Shown here: piece after piece, positions 12,275 through 26,315 of the stretch
Numbering within the stretch: position 1 is the first letter of the stretch
Layout of the letters: each line of letters starts with the position of its first letter
Source: Paraglomus brasilianum
Taxonomy: Eukaryota
NCBI GenBank assembly: GCA_910592345.1
Contig: CAJVPI010000333.1
Location: 1 to 34,870, forward strand
DNA: 34,870 bases
Reading direction: 5' to 3'
The notes under the pieces: model-generated
The model's database searches: none
Told to the model about the DNA's origin: nothing
The model's input: only the letters and a program-made list of their open reading frames with translations
Position numbers and translations under genes: made by a program

Positions 12275-13603
12275 AATAAGATATTCGAAGCATGAGATCT
12301 CCATGACGGGGGATTCGCAAAGCATAATTACGCACGTACAAGTATTCAATAATGGTATATTTGATGTCCCATTCAAAAAAAACTTGGGACTATTGTCCAC
12401 CCATTTTGTTTGCCTTACATCTCGTCGTTCAGGAGGAGGTGGGGAACGCTTATTTCTGTATTGGGATTAGCAGGCAGTTTATTATTACAGTTTACTGGGG
12501 GTTGCAGATAATGAATTGAACAACTGGAATGACTCATGTGACGTAAGTTATAGTCATCGTCGACTTCTCAAAGGGTTTCGGCGTCTAGATCCTGGAGCGT
12601 GTGTTACCGGTAATGACATCATACAAACCGATGTTGTCCAATGAATCTAACCATACGGTACGCCCCCATCCTATTGATAATCACCGTCAAAGGTATGATA
12701 GATGTCATCATGCATTTTTTGTGTATCGACAACAAATTGGGGTATGTACAGTAAAATACGGGGATCAAATGGGTTTACACCACTGCATTGTAGTTGTTTG
12801 CATCGAGGTTATGTGAAAGTCTACATCAACCAGTAAGAACTAATTCAGCGTTATGATGGCCAAAGCAGAGCAGTTATGTCTTGCAATTTATGTCGCTTAA
12901 TATCAAACATCGAGTCACGATCTGCTTTGCTTTTCATTTTATACTGCGGATGGATTCTCGCCTTGTTGAGAGGTTCAACTTCTACAGTAGGAAATCATCC
13001 TCGTGGTGATCTTTTTTGATCTTCGTATGTATGGGCAGATGAGAAGGAATGGGAACTGCGTAGCAGCTTATTGATAATCTTCATACTGTCGTGCATCGTT
13101 TGATAAGTACGTTTTGGTATGTGTGTCACCCGCGGTTCGAAAGAAAGGTGTGTTCGAGATCTTCTCCAACTTATGATCGCATACATGGGCATAGGATGAA
13201 TTTCTTGGCCGAAATTGAAACTATTGAAGATTAATTACAATGTATCTGCAAAAAATCGAGTATCAAAGAAGAAAGAGCAATCGAAAAGCCATTTCCCGTG
13301 TATACTGTATGCTTGGGATAATGAGTCCGCACAAGAAATAGGTCATTCAACTCTTATGATCATTAAACACAAGGTGTATGGATAGATGAAATCACAGAGT
13401 CAAAGCTGTCAAGTACAAGAAATAGTTGGGGACTGCTTCACAGGATAGCGTATGATGTACTTGTAAAGGTAGTAAGTAATATCTCTAATAATTAACATGT
13501 CAGGTACAAAGAATATAAGGCTTCAAAGAAAAGAAAGCGAGATGCAATGAGACGTTGCTCAATTTCGGGACCATGACAAGGCAAGGTCATCAATTGCATG
13601 TGC

Positions 13604-13647
13604 GGGGGAATGGGATGGGATGGGATGGGATGGGATGGGATGGAGGG
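13604..13647 (+). repeat. (GGGAT)n microsatellite
   Basis: About 6 perfect GGGAT units. Confidence 0.9.
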
Positions 13648-13771
13648 CGGTTACAAATGCAAATTCAATTACCACATGCTGTTGGCATATACATCGTGGG
13701 CTCTTTGACAATGCCAGTCTGATATCACTTTGCGATTTCGTAGATTTCGTAACGAGTCTTTCTTGATGTTG

Positions 13772-13830
13772 GCACCGCACCGCACCGCACCCACCACACA
13801 GCACTCACCGCACAGCACCGCACCCACCCC
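13772..13830 (+). repeat. Degenerate (GCACC)n microsatellite
   Basis: GCACCGCACCGCACCGCACCCACC...GCACCGCACCCACCCC. Confidence 0.8.
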
Positions 13831-14429
13831 AACATGAATTGGACCCCGTAAATTTCTCGTATCCCGATTAAGAGCTAGACACCGATTAGTGATAGTATAT
13901 ACAATATACAACACACAATAAGACGTACAGTATATATACAAGGTGCCCTATTTATCTTCATATTGTTTAGATTCGTCATTGTATTTATTTGATTTTATCA
14001 CATTCTCTGCATCTTTTTTCACATTCACATCCCCGTATTACAATTATTTATACGTACGAGTACATCAAGGTACATAATTTATCCGCCGTTTCTACTCTAT
14101 TCAATAGATTTTCCCATTTGTCTCATCAATTTTCAATTGCCGTCACACATTCCAGATGATTGCCCCTACCTTTTGAAATTTTTTCTCTCTTAATTTAAAT
14201 AAATAAACAGCCAAATTTACCGTTTGGAAATACTCCTTTTGAGACTGACACAACTCAAACGAAAACAGGATACTTTTGTCTCGCACGGAGCAAGTTTTTG
14301 GAACACACCGTCAACGACAACGATATCAAATACGGCGATAATCTGAGAAGAATAGCTAGTCGGTTTATACGCAATATTTTACTATCCAATACTCGACTGT
14401 ATGATAAGAAAACATCTGTCGAATATATC

Positions 14430-14591
14430 GTAAGTTTGGAAGAAAGTAAACACACTAGAACCCATAAAGTTGCGTCGTGTTGTAAATACAACTGCACAGC
14501 TATGTAATATAGTCTGTCAATCATTACTGCAACGCAACTCTCTTTTCATCCCCACACTCATACTAACTTAACTCCTTCTCTTGCTAACCAG
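14430..14591 (+). other. Probable 5'-UTR intron of gene X2
   Basis: GTAAGT donor at 14430, perfect TACTAAC branch at 14561, pyrimidine tract and CAG at 14589-14591. All three frames are closed before the ATG at 14738. Confidence 0.6.
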
Positions 14592-14737
14592 CCAGAAAGG
14601 AAAGAATAAACAAACAACTAAAATCACGCTAAATACTATACACTGTATCGCTTACAAAAAACACTTGGCAAACTGTCTTCCCCAAACATAACCATACCCA
14701 CCTACCCCCGTTACCACCATCACCCTCCTCATATACA

Positions 14738-16281
14738 ATGATGCAATCACCCTCATCAATACAAGACTTTCCTCATGCCCCACCGAATCAGCCGTCTAAA
14801 CGGCGATTCGACATTGGGCCAGACTTAATCTCTGCTCACCTGCAACAGCAGCAACAACAACAGGAACAACAACAGGAACAAGGAATATATGACGACCAAC
14901 CGCCCAACAAGCGACAAAAGCCTGGAATGGCTACTAGCTTTCTGTACAAGCTGACTGAATTGGCTGCTTACACGTCTGCCGTTGCTGCAGAGGCATATCA
15001 AACTATAACTGGCCCGCCGGAGAAGCAGAGAAGTAGCCCACATCATCACGAATATTATAACGATGTGATGCAGATTAAAGCTGCGGGAGAGGAAGACAAT
15101 GAAATGATGGACGTTGACAACAAGAGAAATGTTTGGGCTGCTGTCAATAATGTCGATGAAGAAGAACCTCCGCCGCCATATGATAGCTCTTGGAGAATGG
15201 TAAGTTGACAGAACATGAGTGAAAAAGAGGTGTGGGAAAGAGGTTGGAAAGAGGATATGTGGTGGGAATGTGGGGATGATTGTGGGAGCATTATGGGAGA
15301 GGTTGGGATTGTGTAAGATGTATGGGATGGGCTTGTATAATGTATGTACGTAGTTGATAGTTAGAGATTGAATCGGTGAATGGTCACCAACATTCTATTT
15401 CAGAGATATATCAGTTTAATCAATTGTTGTATGAATCACATTAACCTAAATCACACTTATAACTGGTCATAATTCAACTCACGCCTTTTCTCCTCTACTT
15501 GTAGCCTTCTCCCTCAACTCCAAATTTACCATCCACAGTTGATGCCACTTCTCCATCAAGAGTTCAATTCAATACTCCGCAACCACAATCCCGCCGTCGA
15601 CAAATTCGCATTCGCCGTGGGACTCGCCGTCCTCTTCGTCGGAAATCTTCTTCTCAAGACCTTCGTGATAGCTCGATTAAATTTGACGATGAAGATGATC
15701 TATTCTTAAAATTCAATTGCAAGCTCGCAGATATGATTGCAGAAGGTAGAGCAGCATTGACTAGTACGGTTGATGTGACAGAAGTAGAAATGATGATGGC
15801 CGAAGAACGAGAACGAGAAGAAAAGATAATGCGAGATTTGGGAATACAGACACCGATATCATCTCGGAGACGACGGACAGGCAGTTCAAGTAGTGACTTT
15901 GATTACTTTGCAGCTTCGCATGTCGATAATACGTCATCATCTGTTACGTACGCTTCTCCAAGCACAGCTTCAGATTATAACTACTCCTCGCTTACGTCTT
16001 CACCGATATCATACACATCCAGCGGGTTTTCTGGATTGAATAGTAGTTCGCCAGCATCTGCGTACTCTGCGTATTCAAATTCTTATTCGTCTTCACCGAG
16101 TAAGTTTGATCGAATAGCGGGAAGTAGCCTGGGACACCACTCATATGCGAGCAGTACTGGAGCTTATGGAGAGCTAAAGTATGGAGAGTCAAGATATCGA
16201 GAGCCGAGGCTTAGTAATCCACAAGCCTTTAGTTATAAAGAGAATACACACGGGAGCGGAGTGTATAATCGGTATTATTAA
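14738..16281 (+). CDS. Hypothetical Q/S-rich protein X2 with PPxY motif (full-length copy)
   Basis: Exons 14738-15199 and 15505-16281 are in frame across a phase-0 GT-AG intron. Highly similar to X1, with many synonymous differences. Confidence 0.82.
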
Positions 16282-19200
16282 GAATTTAATGGAGAGTTGA
16301 AATGTTTATCTTTGTATTAGAAAAAAATGTGAATAATTTGTCGTTTTATTTTATGTACTCTTGGTTGATTGGTTGGTTTGGAGTTGTTGATCTCCCCTTT
16401 ATGGTTGGTTGATTGATTATTTGTTGGAGTTTAGATAGATTCTTAGAATTTTCTTATTGTTTATAATTGATTTCGTTTGTTTGCCTTTTTTTCTTTGTTA
16501 AAATTGTTTTTGTTTTCAAGTGAAAATTTCTTTAGTGAAGGAGGTAGATTGGGAGTAGGAAGAGGAGTGGGTAGGAGAGGGAGAGGGAATTGGTTGACGG
16601 GTTGGTTGGTTGTTAGTTGGTTGATCGATTTGAGGGGACAAGTATATATAGGATGAGCGGGGGAAATTAGAAAAAAATTTTTTATTCGAATGATTAAAAT
16701 TGCACATTTGCTATTTCAAAATTTCTTCGATCTTGTCTTTCTTTGCCGCTGCCAATATCATTTGGTTCGGTTTATTTTATTTTACTATATTTTTATTATA
16801 CTATATTTCTTGTTTCATATAGAGACTTGATGTCTTTTATAGATATTCCTGTACTTTTTACTGTTAATTTCCTTGATTATCATCCACTGGCACATTGATT
16901 GTGAATGGGTGCATATATTTTGGAGGGGTTATAAACATAATAACACCTTTCTACACATCCATATAGTAATAATACCTTTTCTACCTATCGTTTTTTTTAC
17001 CCTCCAAACACTCATCTATATCAATTACCCTAAAGTTCTTTATTACCCACTATCCATTTTGTCCCCCTGATGTACTAGACAGAATAATGGACAATAGGAC
17101 TATATCTCTTTCTCTTACTCTTCTTTATTTGTTCCCATCAGCATATTAATGCTGTATCTGTTATATATTTTTGTTATAATATTCAAAGTATACAACAAAA
17201 CATGTCATTCTTTTCTAAATTGATATATTATTTGTACATACTTTTCCCCTCATTCTACAATACACATGCTTTTTTATTTACTTGGGTTCCTCCTTCATTC
17301 TCTTGTCTTTTGGCTTAAAATGTTTTTGCTTTTCGTTTTTTAATAAAATTTCACGCAAACTTAATTTTTGACAATGTGATTGCGTGATGCGTGTATGTCT
17401 CGGTCGGTTATCAAGGAATGAAGAGTTGATATTAGTATTAAATAATCGTCATCATTTCATGTGATTTGATATACATGAAAATGTCAAGTGACCTGAACCG
17501 TTATACGACAAGTTCAATTGGTCATATGACCATTCTTAGAGAATAATATACAAGACAATATAATATTATTTCGTCAGACAAAGACGACAATAGGTAAACT
17601 GATAAACGATTACCACACTTCCCGTCCCATGCCTTATCAGCAAGCACGTTTGTATGGCGCACGGGCATGTTCATCGAACATCCACTTAATTTATTTTGAC
17701 AGGCGTTATATGACCGTAATCGCTTTTTGCCCATGGCACAGACATTGTGAGATCGAGAGAGCAGGAGGCGTGGAGAAAAAAAAAAAAGAAAGAGCATGCA
17801 AGTTTCTTTCTCTGTTGCTGACCCGATATCGATCATGTGAACACCTCCATTGATGCAGCTATTTTTGTTCGGCCAGTTTTATCTTCATGCACGTGCTTAT
17901 TACGGAAATGTGAGATGGAGATGATTATATGTGAGATATATTTAGAATATTGATGGACAATAAACATGATACAATTATGGTTTATCTGATATGTGAAAAA
18001 TTCTTTGTTACAATCGATGAAGATATACCGTTCCTTGTCCATTGTCCATTGATTGTGTCACTTGCCAAACTCGTGGTTGTCCTCCCCCAACGCATGACTA
18101 TGCATCCGAGTACAATGTGATAATCTACTAATCAGGCAAGTAACCGGTCCAGTGTAAGATTGGCGTAATTTCAAATTGTCACACCGATATACCATCGAAA
18201 TGTCACCGATTGTTGTTTGTATTGTTGTGTTCGAATATGTTCGTCGAAACAAAGACATCAAGTTACACAGTTAAGTTTTCAAATAATCAATATAAGCACA
18301 ATATCATATGCACATACATAAGGTCAGTTTATTGCATACACCCCACAAGTCTAAGCCATCTTCAATAGATACCGTTATCGGTGTATTGAGGTGCTGTGGT
18401 CATGCAGTGTGAAATTTTTATGGGTCTATATCATGGATTTCACGTGTTGAGAATGGATAAGACAAATAAAAACTAGTAAGAATCGCATCAAGCAGGCTTG
18501 GTTTATTTTTGGAACAATCGGAAGAAGAAAAAAAAAAAAAAAACCAGCGATGAGCGTAAGATGATGAACGGTCAGACAATGGGTCTTGTCATTCATGGTT
18601 TCATCTTTTTTTTTCCCCTTCATCTCGCCACACACGGGCATAATTTTATTTCCACGCGAAGCAGCTGATTGCAATGATTATGCAACTGCAAGCGAAAGCG
18701 TCATCAGGTGACTGTCAAAAAGATAACAATAAATAAATAGCGTTTTAGTTTTATTAATTAATAATTGTCAGTTGTTTAACAATTCTTGGTCGTGTTACGC
18801 ACCTAACAAGTATCAAACTAGTTTTCTATGGAGAAACACGGGTAGCAATGCATGTATTGCAGGTCTGGGAAGAATGGGGGAGAATGGGAAAATAGAGATA
18901 ATGGGGCAAATATAATAGCAAGAGTTAAGGGTAACTTGCGGTAAAAGTTGGTACCACGCGGTATTTTAATGGGTAAAAGATTTATATAAGAGTTATTTAT
19001 AGATTAATACAATTTTGTTTGTACATATAAGGACGAAAGTATGGTATAACAGATATCTATTAATTAGTATTAATAGTGAAAAAGTTACGAGAATTTGACA
19101 CGTATACTTTTACCAATTGTATTAGTATGTGCCTATACCCCAAATTTGCACATGTTTTTTAGTAGTACATTGTTAAGCATAGTCTTAACATTAATTTGCG

Positions 19201-20123
19201 CCATACGATATTAGTATTGTTATTTGAAAACCCCTTAACAATTGTGGGTGGGATAAAGAATCATTGTCGGATCTACACCTTCAATGACGATCATCTCGAA
19301 CCCTTGCAAAACTTTCTTATTCGTACTAGGGGAACAGTGGAGACGGTTTATTTACGGTTTATTCACGGTTGTTATATTCAAGGGTTTTGTTATAGATAGA
19401 AGGAAGATGCAGATAAACGGCATTCAGGGTGTGCGTATGTAAGCGAGTGTAAGCAAACGTAAGCTTTACAGAATATGCAATGTGACACTTGTGGAAGTAA
19501 TTAGAGTTTAGTCACACAGCCATAAATCACAACACAATCTACCCTGCTTAACCCTACCACCCCCACTTAATCTTAACCCCCACTACAACCCCCACTCTAG
19601 CTATCAGTTCATCATCCATTAACGCCACCACGTATATCATTACGTTTGTTCATATTAATATTGCATTCAATTACATAACATTCAATTACATCACAATTAT
19701 ATATCCATTAACTGACTTGTGCAATCGTCACATGTAAAAGCATGCAGTGCGAAGATGAGGCTGATTACTATTGTCGCAGCCTTGTTTGAGCAATTATTCA
19801 GAATCGGACGTCAAGATATTGAAGATATTGTCTGTCTGTTGTAGCGCCATGTACATGTCTTGTTTAATTCGTCAACCCCAACTGTGTGTTGTGTATGCAT
19901 ACCTTCCACTCAAAAGAGAGGCAGGCGTACAGTGAGCTGATGGGCCAGAACGCCGTTAAACCATATAGAGCATTGTCGGCTGTGTCAATCGACAGGATAC
20001 GTGGTGCGTCATAGTCTATGAGCCTGTTACTTGTCCACGTGTATGCGCATGGTTGTGCGTGGTTGAGGTGTCACGTGAAGTACACTGAAATATGTAAACA
20101 GAATCGTGTATTTCTTATACTAA

Positions 20124-20185
20124 GTACATACATACATACATACATACATACATACATACATACATGATACGTGCGTATGTATGTA
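20124..20185. repeat. (TACA)n microsatellite followed by an inverted GTATGTATGTA
   Basis: About 10 TACA units; the complementary tract lies ~11 nt downstream. Confidence 0.85.
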
Positions 20186-20990
20186 GCAAAGTTCTTATCT
20201 TGAGAGTTTCTCAAAGGATTAACAAAACCCTTCTCGTGCATCCATATATTACATAATTAGCATCTTTTAATGGCGTTTCCAATAGTTTTCGTGGCATCTT
20301 TCGTGTTAGCATTTTTCATACATATTACATAACATTTAATATAAGGCATTTCGTGCATTTAGGTTCATGCTGTACACGTTTCATGTTATAATCTTTTCGG
20401 GATCATCAATTCAGGGTAAGAAGCCCCATTCCTTCCCCATCAACAGTTCCCCGTACCTTCTTCCTTTCAAATATTCCCACAGATGGGCCTAAACAAACGC
20501 ACTACAGATATGTTATTAAAGGATTTTTCCTTGTTTATTTCCGAGTTTCTTTTTTTATTTTTTTCTTCTTCTCTGTTTCTCTCTGTTTCTCGTCTTTGTG
20601 ATAAAGTGAATAATGAAAAAAAAGCCTAATTATGATTGTATACGGAGTTGTATATATAATGTGAATGTAGAGAATTTGTATAATATAGCGGATTGCTAAA
20701 ACGTAGAAAATAAAAAGGCATATGTGTGGAATAAAATAGAATTACAGTCTTGTACATAGTCAAAACATATCAAGTTAAGAAATACTTAATACTGATTTCT
20801 TCTCTATCAGTCTATATAAAAAAATACAGTACTTGAATAAATGTGGGAGGGGGTGTTATATGTCTAATGTCATTAAAGTGTATAGTTTATATGTGTAATG
20901 TGTACAATAATATATGCAGTTGGATCACGTCCTGCATGAGCGTATTTGTGTGATTATACACCACTGACCAAAAAATGGACAGCAGATGGC

Positions 20991-23028
20991 TTATTGTGCT
21001 TGGATGAGTGGAGGTGGTGGTGCAATTGATTTGCGCCGTGACATTAAGAGAAGCGGAGGAGGCGAGGGTGGAGCAATGTATGAGTCTTCCTCGTCTTCAT
21101 CATATTCAGTGTCTAAAGAATGTAAATTTGTCTTATTAGCAACTGATAATAAAGAAAAATAACGACTAGTGTCCAAATATGTTTAGGGACTTACCAGATA
21201 GTTCAGGTGGTGGTTGATGTGTATCATATTCTGTAATCATCGAAATAATAGATAATTTTTATTAGAATAATGTCGTACAAAAATATGTTATCACATTCGA
21301 TATCGCAAAGAAGCTTACCCTCAAAATCATTCTCAAAACCGGTCTCATCGATAGCTTCGATTATTTCCTCGGCTAAATTAATTAAAGGGAATTAATTGTT
21401 AATACATTTTCACATCAGACAACCAGTAGGTAATTGATTGTGGTTACTACTTACAAGATATGACCGAGCTTATCGATGGTCGCGGATCGTAGCTTCTATT
21501 TGTTGGTGCCGGTAGATTAGGGTAAAGCAATAATCTGCTCGTATATGTTGCAAAGAGATGCACTTCAGGAGGTGCAGTTGGGAATCGTGCGTTTGTTATC
21601 GGCGATGCCAACATGTTCTCAAAGGAACCAATGTCGTCGCAATCATTAATATTCCTTGCGGTGAACTCTCCCATATCCAATGATATTCGTTGATAATCGT
21701 AAGGCGATAGCAATATATCTAGTATTTCATCGACGTCTGGTCGGTTTTCAGGATTAGCGTCCCAGCATCGTGCCATCAATTTCTCATAAAACAATGGAGT
21801 GCCAGGAACGATTGCCTCTCTGAACCCACGACAGATTTCCAAGGCAAGAGAATGATCGTGAGGACGATCGGCGAACGGAGGACGACCAGAAGACAATTCC
21901 CACATGATGAAAGCGAAACTATAAATGTCTGCCTTTTGTGAGAACAACTCTCCAGCAAGTACTTCGGGGGCAACGAATGGTAGTGATCCATATACTCCAC
22001 GTGGTTCAGACGGGTTAGATGGACCGCATACGCTAAAGTCGGCTATGTTGGCTGTCGAGAATTTGAGAATGTTGCCACAGTGAAGGTTTTTGTGGAATGA
22101 ACCGTTCTTGTGGATGTGAGATAGACCCATTGCAATGTTGCATAGAATGTCTATGATGTCGTTCCAGCGTAATGTTGCCATGTTACGTTGAACGTACGTG
22201 CGGATGTCTCCGTCTTCTGCATAGTCCATGACCAACATGTATTCTTGCGTTTCTTCGTTGTGTGTGATTCCATGACAATGGACGATATATCCGCTTCCAT
22301 CTAGCTTGAGACTGCCGTGGCGTTTGAACTGTGCAAGATGAAAAAGAGAAATGTATAAATCGTTAAAGGTCGAACTAGTCATGTGATTGGATAAATAGAT
22401 CGGTTTTTTTACAAACCTCATCGATAAAGTCTTGAGAGAGTGTTTGAGAGTTGTTTAATGATTTGAGAGCTACGGTAAGTGGTTTCTCGACAAAAGTCTT
22501 TCTTTTAGCATCCCAAACTCGATTGCTGCTGTTCATCCATGTGGCAGAGTATACAGTGCTAAAGCCGCCTTTCTTTACGAATTTGATATCCAAGAATTGC
22601 TCGAAAGGAATCCATTTCATATGGTGACGCCAATCACTGGACCAATGAGAAGTAAGAGATAAGCAAATGATAATGATATAGGTACAATGATACGACGATG
22701 ATAAACATATGATATGACTGGATATGGTAATAGATATAGAATGCGCCTCATTCAAAACTTACGGGTTCATTAGTTGTGTCTCTTGAATGTAGCTATCGAG
22801 AGAAGTGTTTCCGGTCGTCCAATTGCCAAATTCATTAATCAGTCGCATTCCTTCTTCCCATTTCCAGTCGTCTACGTCAGGCGAGCAGTCGCAGTCTTCG
22901 CCGTGGTCGTCGTAGTTGTCAAAGTAGTTGTTATTGATATCGTAGGTATCGTAGGTATCGTAGTTATTATTGTCGTCTCTTCCACCCCGAAGGAAGATGG
23001 AAAAATCGTCTGCTGCTTGAGCCATCAT
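20991..23028 (-). CDS. Tyrosine-kinase-like (TKL) protein of the Glomeromycotina/Endogonales-expanded type; predicted pseudokinase
   Basis: Exons 23028-22763, 22636-22417, 22328-21455, 21372-21319, 21230-21195 and 21112-20991, all GT-AG and in frame. Motifs FGNWTTGN...IQETQ, WIPFEQF, KGGFSTVY, VALK, HKNLHCGNIL, IADFS, YGSLPFVAPE, DIYSF and CWDANPENRP. Confidence 0.9.
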
Positions 23029-24845
23029 CTTTATAGAGTAGTAAAATATTATACAAGAGTTGCTTTGTTGTATGTACAGGAGAGAGCACTGAGAAAGAAT
23101 AGAAAAGTGAGGAAAGCGAACAACCGGGATGGCTGCATATATATACAAATTAAATATACTGACATACTTAATTTTATTGATGATAACAAAGGAATATTGA
23201 CAGGATTTTATCATTGTATAAAATGGGGTTAATACAATCAATGGTTTAGAGTATATATTATATTCTGTGTTCACTCAGAGGCGTTATCTCCTTTTATTTT
23301 TCTTTCTTTGTGTGTTTTGTTTGCCATCATTTGTTGCCTTAAGCATGTGCTTTGTGTCACATTACACATTTTGACGTCCCGCGTATATTAATTAAATTAA
23401 TATTAAGTATATTGAGAAGAGAGAGAGAAAAAGAGAGAATGGGGATTGTGGTTAATGGCTAGCGTTGTGATATGATAGTAGATAGTGATAATGTGATATT
23501 GTCAAACCAGTGAGAGCTGATTGGGGCTGGTGCCATAATAACGAATTCTAGTCTTGTAACCTGCATTGTATACAATCAGCATGTCGGCGATGTTATTCTT
23601 GGTTACTTTTCAATGAGTATGACAACGACCGAGCAATAACAATGAAAGCGATTGTCGCCAGCATATCATTTGCATAGTGTTAATATATAACGATTGACTA
23701 TTGTATTTTCTTGTTCACCCAACAAGATCGCCATTGTATATTGAACATATATATTATCGCATGTACAGTACATATAAATGAATAGATATGTATACTCCTC
23801 ACATATGTACATGTGTATGTACTGTATGTGTATATTACATGTATAATATTAATTTAGGGACCATCGACAATTGTGCCGTCTCTTGCTCAAAGGAATTGGG
23901 GGAGAGGTGATAATGTGATGTGATAATGTAAAATCTTATCCTGGTTATGTGATGTAATGACGGTTATTATTTCTGATGTTCAAATGCAGGCATGGTATGA
24001 TATAATAGACATCACACATTATTAATGCAGGTAATCACCAAAATAAATACCATGTTATAAATACCATGTAATAAATATTATCATGTATAAGTATTATGTT
24101 ATAAGTATTTATTACCTAGTTCTTTGCTTAAGATTAGATGCGATTTTTATTAATGTCACTGTGATGACGTATCGATGGTATGCAAAAATCAACCAATCTT
24201 ACTGGCTGGAAATATTAAAGTTGCAGCGACTTCGAACAAAGACTCATTCGATAACCTTCCCATCCCGGAGCTGTCTGCTGCGTTTCAAAAGCAAGAGGAT
24301 GGGTGTGGGAGCAATTATACGCAAGTCATTCACCTGTCAAAATCACACAATCTAGTGACTGCAGATGAATACTATTTATAGATAAATATCGGTACAAAGA
24401 AAAGCAGACTAGAGCAGATATTGATAGATTAAAAGCGATTGTATTATATGCTTTATTATATAAGCTTCTTGTAATTGGCTACATAGCATCACTAATGCAT
24501 AAATACTATATATTAAAATTAAAATTATAACCTAGTCAGCTTCCTATCGACTCATTCTTAATATTAAGCAAAACATATTTATTTATTAAATGCGTGCAGG
24601 GTCTGGACGATACATCAAGAGTTTCCATTGTATTGTATAAGCCGTGAATGCTCGGAACATGACATATTCTGTGAATTGCAGTAGCAATAATATATATTAC
24701 TATGTATATTTTATATATGTATGCACATTGCATATTGATTGTCGTACAGATAAAGCGATGACAGCAAATATTATTTGGTTGGTCCGCCTCTCATTGTCGA
24801 AGGTGTGCCATCTGCTATTGTACTATTGTACTATTGTGCGATATT

Positions 24846-24901
24846 TTACTACGATATTATTACTGCGATATCATTACTACGATATTATTACTACGACATC
24901 A
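24846..24901 (+). repeat. 14-bp minisatellite (TTACTACGATATTA) x4
   Basis: Units start at 24846, 24860, 24874 and 24888 with 0-2 mismatches. Confidence 0.85.
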
Positions 24902-26244
24902 CTGCCAATATATCGCTCTATGTGCTCTATGTGCTGGCTGCACCTTTATTATTACTCCTGTTGCTCTCGTTTTCGTCTATGTTTGCCTTGTCCTGCCATC
25001 AATCATGCATTGGCTGCACTAGACAATAGATTCATTTTTTTTATCATGGTTAGAGTTCTGTCATTCTAACGCACTAAACCCGATGTACATGTATTGATAT
25101 GCACTTCAACATCACTTGTTAAAATGTACGAGTAAAGATGGAAAGTGTTCTTATCATCAAGACCTTTCATCTGCATAATCCTCTGAAACATGATTACGAG
25201 CATATGTTTGACACACATTCCCACAGAAAAGTGACAGGTTGAGAAAAAATGGCGATGGAATACGATAAATAAATATGGTCAAGCTTATTATTGATAGGCT
25301 GCCTGTCAAGTGGCAGTACTTGGAATGTAACAAAGAGTACATCATGCGAATGAGCAAGTACAATACATTTTATCTGTTATCTATAACATTGCATCATCGT
25401 ACGAACAGTGATCAACCATATATCAAGCATACAAACGTGTTTGACATCGAGTACATTGTCGATACGAACCTCTTCGGTCCATCGTGCAGTGCATCTAACA
25501 ACTAAAACTACACTCCACTCCCACAGTAACAGCTCGTAACAGTTTGCACACACACAATTCACAAAATCCCTTACCAACACACTGTTCTCTCGTCATCGTA
25601 GAACCCCCCCTTTTCCCTTCTCTCTCCATTATTATTTTACCACTAACCATATTCACCCTCTGATCAGCTTCGGTCCAGAAGATTGTCTGCATCCAGTAGA
25701 ACACAACAGTGGTGGCATTCTATTTCTGCAGAGCCTCCCTATTATCTCCCTTATTACTAAGCCCACAGACCATATCATCGTACGCACAATGGCTGGTGGG
25801 AATATATGTGTAGGACGAAAGAGAACGGTATCCGTTGAGTGAGATGTATCAGAATGAATGGATATGCTATACAGCTTTCGGTCAGTTAGTAAAGCACATG
25901 CACAGTAACTTGTATTGTCTGTGTGACACACTAATTATATCATACGCAGTAATCATCTATCATATCCGTCACCTCATTGTCTACAATCCATTGTCCCCGA
26001 ACACCAATTTTTTGTGATCTCCGCTGTCATCTCTCATTAATGGTACTCTAAATGGGTTGTGAGAACAAATAGGAGTAAAGAGAGGGAAAACAAGGGGTTT
26101 TGAAGTTGAAGTAATGCAACGGATTTTAGCTGGCAAATTATGTAAAGTGGTCAAAGTTCTGGGGAAAAGAGAGGGGAGGGGAGGGGGGAAAGATGCACAT
26201 GGGAGACAGGGGAGAGATGGGGGAATGGCGGAGGGGTGGGAGAA

Positions 26245-26284
26245 TATGTGTATGCGTTGCGTATGTATATTATGTGTATATGTA

Positions 26285-26315
<31 letters not shown>

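Noticed and set aside
14298..14507. 69-aa ORF upstream of X2
   Set aside because: It starts at TTG, crosses a strong splice donor, and is better explained as 5'-UTR.
7200..15200. Exact 8000-bp offset between paralogous splice donors
   Set aside because: Coincidence; the offset varies along the two genes because of indels.
22774..23232. 152-aa hydrophobic plus-strand ORF
   Set aside because: Antisense shadow of the Asp/Asn-rich first exon of the kinase.
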